From an uncultured Streptococcus sp. (GTDB lineage Bacteria; Bacillota; Bacilli; Lactobacillales; Streptococcaceae), in assembly GCF_963456385.1 (NCBI RefSeq), contig NZ_CAUOLF010000003.1, forward strand, positions 51,515-115,514: a DNA stretch of 64,000 nt, given 5' to 3'. The first letter of the stretch is position 1. Each line of letters opens with the position of its first letter. A program made the position numbers and the translations under genes. The notes beneath the pieces were generated by a model. The model had not been told where the DNA came from and did not search any database. It saw nothing but the letters and a program-made list of their open reading frames with translations. This document shows, in pieces, positions 31,480-39,937 of this stretch.

Positions 31480-32613
31480 TATCACAAGTTTTTCTTCTAG
31501 GCCAAATTTCTCTAGGAAACGGCCTTGCTCTTCTTGGATTTGCGGAGTCGGATTTTTGATGCCCATGACTAGTTCTATAATTTCTGGATGGACCTCACGC
31601 ACCAGCTGACTCAGAGCCCAGATAGCTGTAGCGACATGAATCGGATTTTGCCCCTTGTCGATAATTTCCAGCATTTTGGGAATGGCAGAGCGGTCATTGG
31701 CATTTGCCAGAGCGATGATGGCATTGCGCTGCAGGATATTTTTCCCCCGCCAGCTGCCGGCCACATGACCGAATTTCTCCTTAAACTGACCGTTGGAAAG
31801 CTCCAAGAAAGGCAGGAGCTCGGGATGAGAAAGGTCGGGGTCAATTTCTGTTGCGAGCGGATTGTCCAAGCCTTTATTATAAGGACAGCAGATTTGACAG
31901 ATATCACAGCCATATATGACCGTTTTAATCTTCTTACGAAATTCCAGATCCATGACGCCCTTGTCCTGAGTCTGAAAGGATAGACAACGCTTGGCATTCA
32001 TGCTGCCGTCACCAATCAGGCAGGAAGTAGGGCAGGCTGTCACGCAGCGATTGCAGTCTCCGCAGCCGTAGTCGACAGGCTGATCAGGCTCGATGTCCAG
32101 ATTGGTGATGAGTTCGCCCAGAAACATATAGGAGCCAAATTCCTTGGAGATGACCAAGCCATTCTTGCCGATAAAGCCGATTCCTGCTCTTTGGGCCACG
32201 GCGGTATCGACCAAGGCGCCCGTGTCCACCATGCCCTTGTATTCAAAGTCAGCGGTCAGTTCTTCGATTCCCTTGGCAAGCCGGTCCAGCTTGTCCTGCA
32301 GGACATAATGGTAGTCCAGCCCCCAGCTGTTAGGGGTGAATTTTCCCCGCTTGTAGGTTGTTTTCTGAGGCTGTTGCTTGAGCTTGTGGGGGTAGGCGAC
32401 TGCGATAGAGATGATGGTCTTGGCTGAAGCTAGACTCAGCTTAGGCTTAATCCGCTCCTCAATGTTCTTATGTTCAAATCCTGAATTTCGCCCTTCGTCT
32501 ACAGCCGAGAGCAGTGATTTCTCCAGATAGTCGAAATCATCCGCTGTCGTAAAGCCAATCTTAGAAATCCCAATTTCTTTTGCTAAGTTAATAATTTCTT
32601 CTTTGATGTTCAT
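31471..32613 (-). CDS. queG: epoxyqueuosine reductase (cobalamin-dependent, two [4Fe-4S] clusters)
   Basis: WG.DYH, VDTG, AGIGFIGKN, CGDCNRC...CPT, RCLS, YGCDICQICCPYN, C-terminal HEAT-like repeat. Confidence 0.95.
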   Translation of the reverse strand: MNIKEEIINLAKEIGISKIGFTTADDFDYLEKSLLSAVDEGRNSGFEHKNIEERIKPKLSLASAKTIISIAVAYPHKLKQQPQKTTYKRGKFTPNSWGLDYHYVLQDKLDRLAKGIEELTADFEYKGMVDTGALVDTAVAQRAGIGFIGKNGLVISKEFGSYMFLGELITNLDIEPDQPVDYGCGDCNRCVTACPTSCLIGDGSMNAKRCLSFQTQDKGVMDLEFRKKIKTVIYGCDICQICCPYNKGLDNPLATEIDPDLSHPELLPFLELSNGQFKEKFGHVAGSWRGKNILQRNAIIALANANDRSAIPKMLEIIDKGQNPIHVATAIWALSQLVREVHPEIIELVMGIKNPTPQIQEEQGRFLEKFGLEEKLVIEN

Positions 32614-32802
32614 CCCTACTATTATAGCGGAAAAATGCCAACTTGGCGAATGATTGAGAAAGGTATCTATACTTTATTGATATACCAATATTTTATAAGA
32701 CTTCCTTAGCCTATATACTGTATGATATAATGAAATATGGAATTTTTTTATAGAAAGTTCCGAAAAGTTTAGGGAATTTTTTTAATAAATGGGAGTTATA
32801 AT

Positions 32803-33444
32803 ATGAAAAAGAGATATTATGAATTTTTGAATGTTCTTGTTACGGATTGTAATCCAATCAGAAACTTAGATTTTTATAAGGCTGGTTTAATTGAGTTGTT
32901 TTTTATCTCACTGGTATCTATCGTTTCGATTTTCTTACGCGGTGAGATGCATGAGCGGAGCATGATGGTCATGCAGTTTACTATTGGGCACATCGCTATC
33001 TTGTTGCTAGCCTTCTTATTGTTCCAAAAGTTTTTTGATACCAAAGCCTTGCAGCTCATTCCGACCAGCTCTTACCTATTTCTGCATTTTGAATTGCTTT
33101 TTTGGGGTTCCATCTTTTTTGGTGAGAACTACTTAGCATTTTTTATGATTTTTATCATACTCAGCTTGTCTTATCAGCTGATCAATTTGCTCTATCAGAT
33201 GGTGATCGTTTCAAAATTGAGATATTTTGAACAGAAACAAAAGATCAACATTTTGCAGATTCACGCCATCGTCCTGTGCTGCCTGTCAGCAGCAGTAGCA
33301 GTCATCACTCGCCTGTTTATGCTGTCAGGAATCTATATGATTATTGCATTAGTAGGCTTGAGCATTGCATTGACGCCCTTGTATCTATTGGGCTATGCAC
33401 AAGTTTTCACAGGCTGGAGAAATCAAGTGCCTGATAAATGGTAG
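32803..33444 (+). CDS. hypothetical multi-pass membrane protein
   Basis: 213 aa, several hydrophobic segments, GGGAG SD, upstream TGnTATAAT at 32723-32731. Confidence 0.8.
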   Translation: MKKRYYEFLNVLVTDCNPIRNLDFYKAGLIELFFISLVSIVSIFLRGEMHERSMMVMQFTIGHIAILLLAFLLFQKFFDTKALQLIPTSSYLFLHFELLFWGSIFFGENYLAFFMIFIILSLSYQLINLLYQMVIVSKLRYFEQKQKINILQIHAIVLCCLSAAVAVITRLFMLSGIYMIIALVGLSIALTPLYLLGYAQVFTGWRNQVPDKW

Positions 33445-33725
33445 AATTGAAGGGGGATTGTCGAAGAAACGATTTCCCTTTTTTTATTAAGAGTGAAGAA
33501 GTAAATGTGAATGCATCCGCTATAACTGGATTGTTTATCAAGAATGATTTAAAATGGATAAGAGTAATTAATACTGAGAAGTTTAGAAGAAACAAAAATA
33601 TCAGTATAGGAGCTGCAAAATGAAGAAAAAATATTACTATAGTATAATTCTTTTTGTTCAAGAAGGTAGTAATCGCTACAAGAAACTCAAGTTAAGGGAA
33701 AATCAACGATAGAAGGAGCCAGCTG

Positions 33726-34532
33726 ATGCAAAGACAAGGAACTGGTGAGCAGCGCTATAAAGCATTGAAGAAAAAAAGTATTTATCAAATGATTTATGGT
33801 ATTATTTTTTGGATTTTCTTATTTTATATATGGCTTGGGTATATATGGCTTGGCCTGCCCCATATTAACGTATTGTTTTGGATAATTTATCTCTCTCTTT
33901 TGGCTTATCTTATCTTTTGTGGTATACAATTGAGTATTCGGATTAATAATCTATTTTTAGAGGATATTGATTTGGATGCCTATAGATACTTTGTAGGGAT
34001 TTGCAAACCTGGGAAAAAAGCGGAAACTATCTATTTTACTACATTTAGAAAATGTAGGATAGAGCTTGCCGAAGGAAGATTTAAAGATGCTCTGAGTATA
34101 TTGGAAACAACGATTTCAAATCATAGTTTAGAGAAAGTAACAACTTTTAGACAGTTAACGATTTTTAGACAATTGATACTGTGTTCTATTTATTTAGCAG
34201 ACGAAGAGAAGTATCAATATTGGCTGTCTAGTTTGCAAGGAGTGGCGACAAATAGAAAATCCCTTTTAAAGCTCAAAGATTCTTTGCTAGAAGAAATGCA
34301 AGCGATTCATGATTTAGTAATAAATAAACAGCCTAATCCCTTTTTTGAGACTCATACTGCTAAAAATAGGTTTTCTTATTTGTTTAATCTTTACTACAAA
34401 GGCATAAATGCGAAGCTCAATCGTGATGAAGAAAAGGTGCTGACATGTTTTGAGGAATTGGCCAAAGAGAACGAACAGTTATTTATTGTTCAACAAGCAA
34501 AAGAAGAGTTGAGAAAAGCAATGATGGCTTAA
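33726..34532 (+). CDS. hypothetical membrane protein (2 N-terminal TM segments plus helical TPR-like domain)
   Basis: 268 aa; AAGGAG SD; AT-rich. Confidence 0.78.
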   Translation: MQRQGTGEQRYKALKKKSIYQMIYGIIFWIFLFYIWLGYIWLGLPHINVLFWIIYLSLLAYLIFCGIQLSIRINNLFLEDIDLDAYRYFVGICKPGKKAETIYFTTFRKCRIELAEGRFKDALSILETTISNHSLEKVTTFRQLTIFRQLILCSIYLADEEKYQYWLSSLQGVATNRKSLLKLKDSLLEEMQAIHDLVINKQPNPFFETHTAKNRFSYLFNLYYKGINAKLNRDEEKVLTCFEELAKENEQLFIVQQAKEELRKAMMA

Positions 34533-34557
34533 AAACAATAGGAGGGTGGTTTAGTTA

Positions 34558-35274
34558 ATGGCAAAGATAAATAGAAAAAATCAAGCAAAGATTACTGATA
34601 TAGAGAGATACCATGGTCCCTTGATTACACATGGTGTTAGTTTAGTTTATATTAAGTTATATCCATGGATTGCTTTAGCATTAACTGGTTTTCTGTATGT
34701 GGGTGGAACTTATGAAGACAATCTAGGCATCTTTAAAGGACTTTCTTTGTTTTGCGGTCTTGTGAATATATTAGGTATTATCATTTCTTTTATTCCCTAT
34801 TTGGTAAACGCATGGAAGGCTTTAACATATTATTTGATAGCCCTCACAGTGTTAAGCTTAGTGATAGTTACAAATTTTATTTGTTTACTAATGGTTATTT
34901 CAGACGGTAGTTCTATAGGAGCTAAGGAGATATATCAATCCCCTCTCACTCCATTTTATGTAATATTGATGATGTTCCTTTTTATCTTTGCTTGTGGTCT
35001 CTATGCTTGGTACTATCTCCCAAAGAATCAGGGGAAAGTCTGGGCTTTTAATCAAGTAAAAGAGGGAAATAGAAAGAAAACATGGTGGAATAATTTTGCT
35101 GTAGCTTTTGCCGGGGCAACAATCATTCCCTCCCTCCTAACAGGCTATATTCAGATTGCTTTTGGTGTTTTATTGGGAATTTTGTTGACCTTGACTTTGC
35201 CAGCTGTCATGGTAGATGCGTTTTATGCAGCTATTTATATAAGGAAACATCCGAAAAGTGATGAACTGATTTGA
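34558..35274 (+). CDS. hypothetical multi-pass membrane protein
   Basis: 238 aa; AGGAGG SD; about 6 hydrophobic helices. Confidence 0.8.
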   Translation: MAKINRKNQAKITDIERYHGPLITHGVSLVYIKLYPWIALALTGFLYVGGTYEDNLGIFKGLSLFCGLVNILGIIISFIPYLVNAWKALTYYLIALTVLSLVIVTNFICLLMVISDGSSIGAKEIYQSPLTPFYVILMMFLFIFACGLYAWYYLPKNQGKVWAFNQVKEGNRKKTWWNNFAVAFAGATIIPSLLTGYIQIAFGVLLGILLTLTLPAVMVDAFYAAIYIRKHPKSDELI

Positions 35275-35369
35275 GGTATTTTTACTAGCTGACAAAAATT
35301 TAAGTGGTGTACCGAATATACCCAATATAGTTAAACAATGATAAAAAATATACTTTAAAAGGAAAATGA

Positions 35370-35930
35370 ATGAAGAAATATTCTAATTTAGTAAACTTAG
35401 GCTGGTATCAGGGTAAGGCCCTTTATTATGATTTAGAGAAGGAACAATTAAAACTATCTAACGTTTTACAAAATACTGAGAAAATTCAGACCTATACCCC
35501 TGCCTTTATACTGATAGTTGGTCCATTGTTAAGGATGATAGCAAAGAAACTTGTAGTAGATTCTTTTAACATTCGATTAATAATACTAATTTTAACCATC
35601 TTTCTTACTGGGATTATTACTAGAATGGCAATGGTTTCTATGAAAAAGAAAACCACTTTTTCTATAGTAAATTTAGAAGGTTCTGAGGGAAAGGAGTTTA
35701 TAGAAAAAGCAAAAAAACATTATAAAGTAATTAGAATAACACAATTACTTGGTACCCCATGTGTGGTACTACTTTCCATATTGTATTTAAAAGATGGTGA
35801 TATGATGATGATGATACTCGGTAGTATTTTAAGTTATGCGCTTATTATGATTCATTATGACTACCAAATGTCTAAACGTAAGAAAATCTTGCAACATTTA
35901 GAAGAAAACTTTGCTAAGGCAGAGAAATAA
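35370..35930 (+). CDS. hypothetical membrane protein (about 4 TM segments)
   Basis: 186 aa; AAGGA SD; AT-rich. Confidence 0.78.
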   Translation: MKKYSNLVNLGWYQGKALYYDLEKEQLKLSNVLQNTEKIQTYTPAFILIVGPLLRMIAKKLVVDSFNIRLIILILTIFLTGIITRMAMVSMKKKTTFSIVNLEGSEGKEFIEKAKKHYKVIRITQLLGTPCVVLLSILYLKDGDMMMMILGSILSYALIMIHYDYQMSKRKKILQHLEENFAKAEK

Positions 35931-35952
35931 TTTTTCTCTGCCTTTATTTTTT
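35915..35952 (+). terminator. intrinsic terminator
   Basis: AAGGCAGAGAAA-loop-TTTCTCTGCCTT followed by a T-rich tract. Confidence 0.8.
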
Positions 35953-35960
35953 CACAAATC

Positions 35961-36002
35961 TGAAAGCGCTTCATTGACAAAGTCTGCCAGATAGTTTATA
36001 AT
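35961..36002 (+). promoter_or_regulatory. sigma-A promoter with adjacent cre (CcpA) site
   Basis: TGAAAGCGCTTCA 35961-35973; TTGACA 35974-35979, 17 bp spacer, TATAAT 35997-36002. Confidence 0.85.
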
Positions 36003-36022
36003 ATAATAACAGTATAGAAAAT

Positions 36023-36056
36023 GGCAAGGAAGCCTGATTTGATCGCAATGAAGCGA
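36023..36056 (+). promoter_or_regulatory. ANTAR (EutV) dual-hairpin element
   Basis: ggc-AAGGAA-gcc and tcgc-AATGAA-gcga; hexaloops with A1/G4. Confidence 0.8.
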
Positions 36057-36128
36057 GTGTTTCAGAATCAAAGGGGTTTTCTATGCCATTTTTTTGCGCA
36101 CTATTATTTTTTATGGAGGATTGTTTCT

Positions 36129-37445
36129 ATGCGGACAAAAGGAATTGTGCTGCTTTGTAGTTTGGCTTTGCTTCTGGGAGCTTGTCAAGCGGGGAATAAT
36201 AAGACGACGACTGAGTCATCCTCGGCTAAGACGGAGACAACAGATAAGGACAAGGCTAAGACTTTGGATAAGGGCGTCTGGGAAGACAAGCTTTATGCCC
36301 GTCTGACCAAGCTCATCAAGGAAAATGGGAACACCAGCTCTAGCTATGATAAAAATAAAAAACCTTATGCCGTCTTTGACTGGGACAATACGACAGTCAT
36401 TAACGATATTGGCGAAGCAACCTTTACCTATCAAATTGAAAATCTGGCCTTCAAGATGACGCCGGAAGAATTTGACCAAGCAGTGCGGACCAATATACCG
36501 AGCGACGATTTTGTTGAGGATTACCATAACAAAGATGGTGAGCCAGTAAACATCGACAAGATTGCGGCTGACTTGCTTTCTGACTATACAGCTATTTACA
36601 ATAGCTATAAGGGAATGCAAGGAGACAAGTCTCTGGAAGAAGTCAAAAAGACTGATGAATACCAAGACTTTGCTGCTAAACTCCGCTATCTTTACGAAGC
36701 GATTGGTGACACTTTCAGCTCTGACATCAGCTATCCATGGGTGACCTACCTCTATGCAGGTATGACTTCTGAAGAAGTTCAAGCCCTATCTGAAAAGTCT
36801 ATTGACCAGGCTCTTGAGGACAAGCTGACTTCTGAAACTTGGGAAAGTCCAGAAGGCTTGAAAGGTGAGTCAGGCCAAATCACCGTGACCTTCAAGCGCG
36901 GTGTTCGCTCGGTCAAGGAAATGCAAAATCTCTATAAGACTCTGATGGCTAACGGCATTGATGTCTATATCTGCTCAGCGTCTTATATCGATGTGATTAT
37001 CCCTTATGCTAGCAATTCTAAGTATGGCTACAATATTCCTAAAGAAAATGTTACTGCTATGCGCCTGAAAAAGGATGACAAGGGAGTGATTCAGCCGGAA
37101 TACGATACCAACTATGCTCAGACTCAGGGGGAGGGCAAGACAGAGACTATTAAGAAGCTGATTGCTGTCAATCATGACAATCAAGAACCAATCCTGATTG
37201 CCGGTGACAGTAATGGCGACTATGCTATGCTCAAGGATTTCCCTAAACTGCAAATGGGTATCATCTTCAATCTTCTGAGAGATCCTAGCAAGGGAATCGG
37301 TCTTTTGCAAACTAAGGCAATTGAAACTTACGGCCAGGAAGATGCACTTTACTACCTGCAAGGCCGCGATGAAAATAAAGGTGTACTGCTCAACGGCAGG
37401 GAAACTATCAAACTAGATAGTAAGGAAGCCCAGCTCAGTAAATAG
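36129..37445 (+). CDS. HAD-superfamily phosphatase lipoprotein (phosphorylcholine/phosphoethanolamine phosphatase-like)
   Basis: Lipobox LGAC; motif I AVFDWDNT, motif II YICSAS, Lys in GEGK, motif IV AGDSNGD; ATG 36129 after GGAGG. Confidence 0.85.
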   Translation: MRTKGIVLLCSLALLLGACQAGNNKTTTESSSAKTETTDKDKAKTLDKGVWEDKLYARLTKLIKENGNTSSSYDKNKKPYAVFDWDNTTVINDIGEATFTYQIENLAFKMTPEEFDQAVRTNIPSDDFVEDYHNKDGEPVNIDKIAADLLSDYTAIYNSYKGMQGDKSLEEVKKTDEYQDFAAKLRYLYEAIGDTFSSDISYPWVTYLYAGMTSEEVQALSEKSIDQALEDKLTSETWESPEGLKGESGQITVTFKRGVRSVKEMQNLYKTLMANGIDVYICSASYIDVIIPYASNSKYGYNIPKENVTAMRLKKDDKGVIQPEYDTNYAQTQGEGKTETIKKLIAVNHDNQEPILIAGDSNGDYAMLKDFPKLQMGIIFNLLRDPSKGIGLLQTKAIETYGQEDALYYLQGRDENKGVLLNGRETIKLDSKEAQLSK

Positions 37446-37475
37446 CGGGCGGTCCCCTGTCATAGAGAGGAATGG

Positions 37476-37919
37476 ATGCAAAATATGAAAAGAATCATGT
37501 TTGTTGGTCCAGTCGGAGTGGGTAAGACTACTCTGACCCAGCGACTGAAAGGCTTGGAGCTAAGCTACTTTAAGACTCAGGCTATTGAGTTCTATGATGC
37601 CATCATTGACACGCCTGGAGAATTTCTCCAGCATCGTAAGTATTATAATGCTCTGAACGTGACGGCAACGGAGGCTGATGTTATTGGTCTCTTGGTGGCG
37701 GCTTCCAATCAGATGCAGACCTTTCCTCAAGGCTTTTCTTCCCTCTTCAATAAAGAAGTGATTGGCATTGTCACCAAGATTGATATGGCTGATAAGGAAG
37801 AACAAATCGAAAAAGCACGGCGGCAGCTGAAAGCGGCTGGAGCCAAGGAAATTTTTGAAATATCAGCGACGGAAAACGAAGGAATTGACCGTCTTCAGGC
37901 TTATCTGGAGTCAGACTAG
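37476..37919 (+). CDS. eutP: EutP/PduV family P-loop protein
   Basis: VGPVGVGKTTL, YFKTQAI, IDTPGEF, GIVTKID. Confidence 0.92.
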   Translation: MQNMKRIMFVGPVGVGKTTLTQRLKGLELSYFKTQAIEFYDAIIDTPGEFLQHRKYYNALNVTATEADVIGLLVAASNQMQTFPQGFSSLFNKEVIGIVTKIDMADKEEQIEKARRQLKAAGAKEIFEISATENEGIDRLQAYLESD

Positions 37920-37936
37920 GGACGAAAAGCCGAATA

Positions 37937-37945
37937 TGGTATACT
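37937..37945 (+). promoter_or_regulatory. possible extended -10 promoter upstream of cobD
   Basis: TGGTATACT; no clear -35. Confidence 0.45.
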
Positions 37946-37982
37946 AGATTCTAACAAGGAAACGAGGAAGGAATGTCTATTT

Positions 37983-39077
37983 ATGAAAGTAGAGCACGGG
38001 GGAAATGCGGCAGCTTTGGCTGAGGAATTTGGTTTTTCTCTAGAAGACTGTCTGGATTTCAGTGCCAATATCAATCCTCTGGGGATTTCTCAAAAGCTAA
38101 GGGCTTGTCTGACCGAGTCCATTGATTGGCTGGTTCATTATCCAGACATCAGCTACAGCCACTCCAGAGAGCTTTTGGCACATCATCATGGCCTAGAAAA
38201 GGACAATGTACTGCTGGCAAATGGCGCGGTAGAAGTCTTTTATGAGTTGGCCCGCTTCCTGCGTCCAAAAACAGTCCTTACTCTGAGCCCTACTTTCATG
38301 GAATATGAGAAAGCCTTCTCGCAGGTACAGGCCAAGGTAGAGCGCTTTAGCCTCCCTTCCCCATCCTATGAGTGGAGTCTAACTGACATGTTGCCAGCCT
38401 TGGATTCACTGACTGCAGGAGACGCTGTACTCATCTGCAATCCTAATAATCCGACGGGTACCTTGATTCGGCGTACTGAGTTAGAAAAGTTAGCTGACTA
38501 CTTGCAGGAGCGGCAAATCTTTTTGATACTAGATGAGGCTTTTATAGACTTTCTGAACGATGAGGAGGACTATAGCTTCGTCTCCTGTCTGGCCACCTAT
38601 CCAAATACAGTAGTGGTGCGGTCTCTGACCAAGTTTTATGCTATTCCTGGTCTGAGATTGGGCTATGCTCTCAGCTGTCATCCAACTTGCTTTGATGAGA
38701 TAGAGGGGAACCGCGCTCCTTGGTCGGTCAATGCTATGGCGGATCACGCCCTGCCTGTCCTTTTGGAGGATCAGGCCTATCAGCAAGCTACCAAGGAGTG
38801 GCTTCGAGTAGAAAGAGATTTCCTTTTTCAAGGAATGACTGCATTTTCACAGATTCGGCCGGTCAAGCCTAGTGTCAACTATATCTTCTTTGAATATTTA
38901 GGTCGGCAGGATCTGCGTCAGGAGCTTCGGCAGAGAAAGATTTTTATCCGTTCCTGTCAAAATTATCATGATCTGACAGAACGTCATTACCGCATAGCCA
39001 TCCGCAGTCATCAGGAGAATGAACAGCTTCTGGCTTGTCTGACAGAGGTCTTGGCGAAAGAGGCTCCTTATGACTAA
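37983..39077 (+). CDS. cobD: L-threonine-O-3-phosphate decarboxylase
   Basis: HGGN, DFSANINPLG, CNPNNPTG, LDEAFIDF, RSLTKFYAIPGLRLGY. Confidence 0.95.
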   Translation: MKVEHGGNAAALAEEFGFSLEDCLDFSANINPLGISQKLRACLTESIDWLVHYPDISYSHSRELLAHHHGLEKDNVLLANGAVEVFYELARFLRPKTVLTLSPTFMEYEKAFSQVQAKVERFSLPSPSYEWSLTDMLPALDSLTAGDAVLICNPNNPTGTLIRRTELEKLADYLQERQIFLILDEAFIDFLNDEEDYSFVSCLATYPNTVVVRSLTKFYAIPGLRLGYALSCHPTCFDEIEGNRAPWSVNAMADHALPVLLEDQAYQQATKEWLRVERDFLFQGMTAFSQIRPVKPSVNYIFFEYLGRQDLRQELRQRKIFIRSCQNYHDLTERHYRIAIRSHQENEQLLACLTEVLAKEAPYD

Positions 39078-39936
39078 GGGAATCGTGTCCTGTCCAGGTT
39101 CTTGCGGTGAATTATTTCAAGGTTTAGTAGGAGAGCAGGAGATCTTGCTCTCCTATGGGATTGAGAAGCGCAGTCGAGTGAGATTGGACGGGGTTTCGTC
39201 TCTCGCAAGGCAACCCCAAGGTGAAAAGGTAAGGCGAGCTTTGGAGCTCCTGCCTGTGGCCAATGATTTCTCTTTTGTTCAGGAGTCAGACCTGCCTATC
39301 AGCAAGGGCTATTCCAGCAGCACAGCTGATATGATTAGCTGCCTGCAGGCAGCTGCTCTGGGACAAAAGCAGCCTCTAAAGGCATCAGATTTAACTCGTC
39401 TCTGTGCCGAGATTGAGCCTACTGACTCGGTGGCTTTTGCGGACTGGACGGTCATTGAGCCCCTGACTGGTCAAGTGGTCTGGCAGACAGACTGGCGACC
39501 GGAGCTCTATGTCTATATCTTGGAGCCTGTGGAAATGGTGACAACTCTTGACTTGGTTCGGATGAAGGACAGTTCTAGCTATCCGGCTGAGGAGTCTAAG
39601 TGTTTGCTTCCTCTCTTTCAGGAGGCTTGTCAGGAGAAGAGTTTGGAAAAACTTGGCCATTTAGCGAGCTATAGTGCTTTGTTGAACAACCAACGGCTAC
39701 CCAAACCCTATCTGAAAGAATTACTGGCTTTGGTAAAAGAACACCAGTGTTTAGGCCTCAATGTTGCCCATAGTGGTACATTGGTTGGTCTGTTGCTGAG
39801 CAGGGAACAGCTAGAAGTCTTGCCTAAGCTAGAGTCTGAGCTAGCTCGCTCAGCCAGTGGGGCTTATTATCAGACTCGGACCTTGAGCAGGATTATTTTT
39901 GAAGGGGTGCAGCCGGTCAGGGAGGAGACAGACTAG
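39070..39936 (+). CDS. pduX: L-threonine kinase (GHMP family)
   Basis: CPGSCGELFQG, LPISKGYSSSTAD, IEPTDS, VAHSGT. Confidence 0.92.
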   Translation: MTKGIVSCPGSCGELFQGLVGEQEILLSYGIEKRSRVRLDGVSSLARQPQGEKVRRALELLPVANDFSFVQESDLPISKGYSSSTADMISCLQAAALGQKQPLKASDLTRLCAEIEPTDSVAFADWTVIEPLTGQVVWQTDWRPELYVYILEPVEMVTTLDLVRMKDSSSYPAEESKCLLPLFQEACQEKSLEKLGHLASYSALLNNQRLPKPYLKELLALVKEHQCLGLNVAHSGTLVGLLLSREQLEVLPKLESELARSASGAYYQTRTLSRIIFEGVQPVREETD

Positions 39937-39937
39937 T

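Noticed and set aside
31990..32420. Locally GC-richer patches (queG middle; also about 10640-10940 and 25100-25460) suggesting mosaic recombination
   Set aside because: Visual impression only; needs sliding-window GC3 and strain alignments.
33438..33623. 61-aa + strand ORF in the membrane-gene array
   Set aside because: No SD or recognisable motif; overlaps the upstream stop and the minus-strand fragment.
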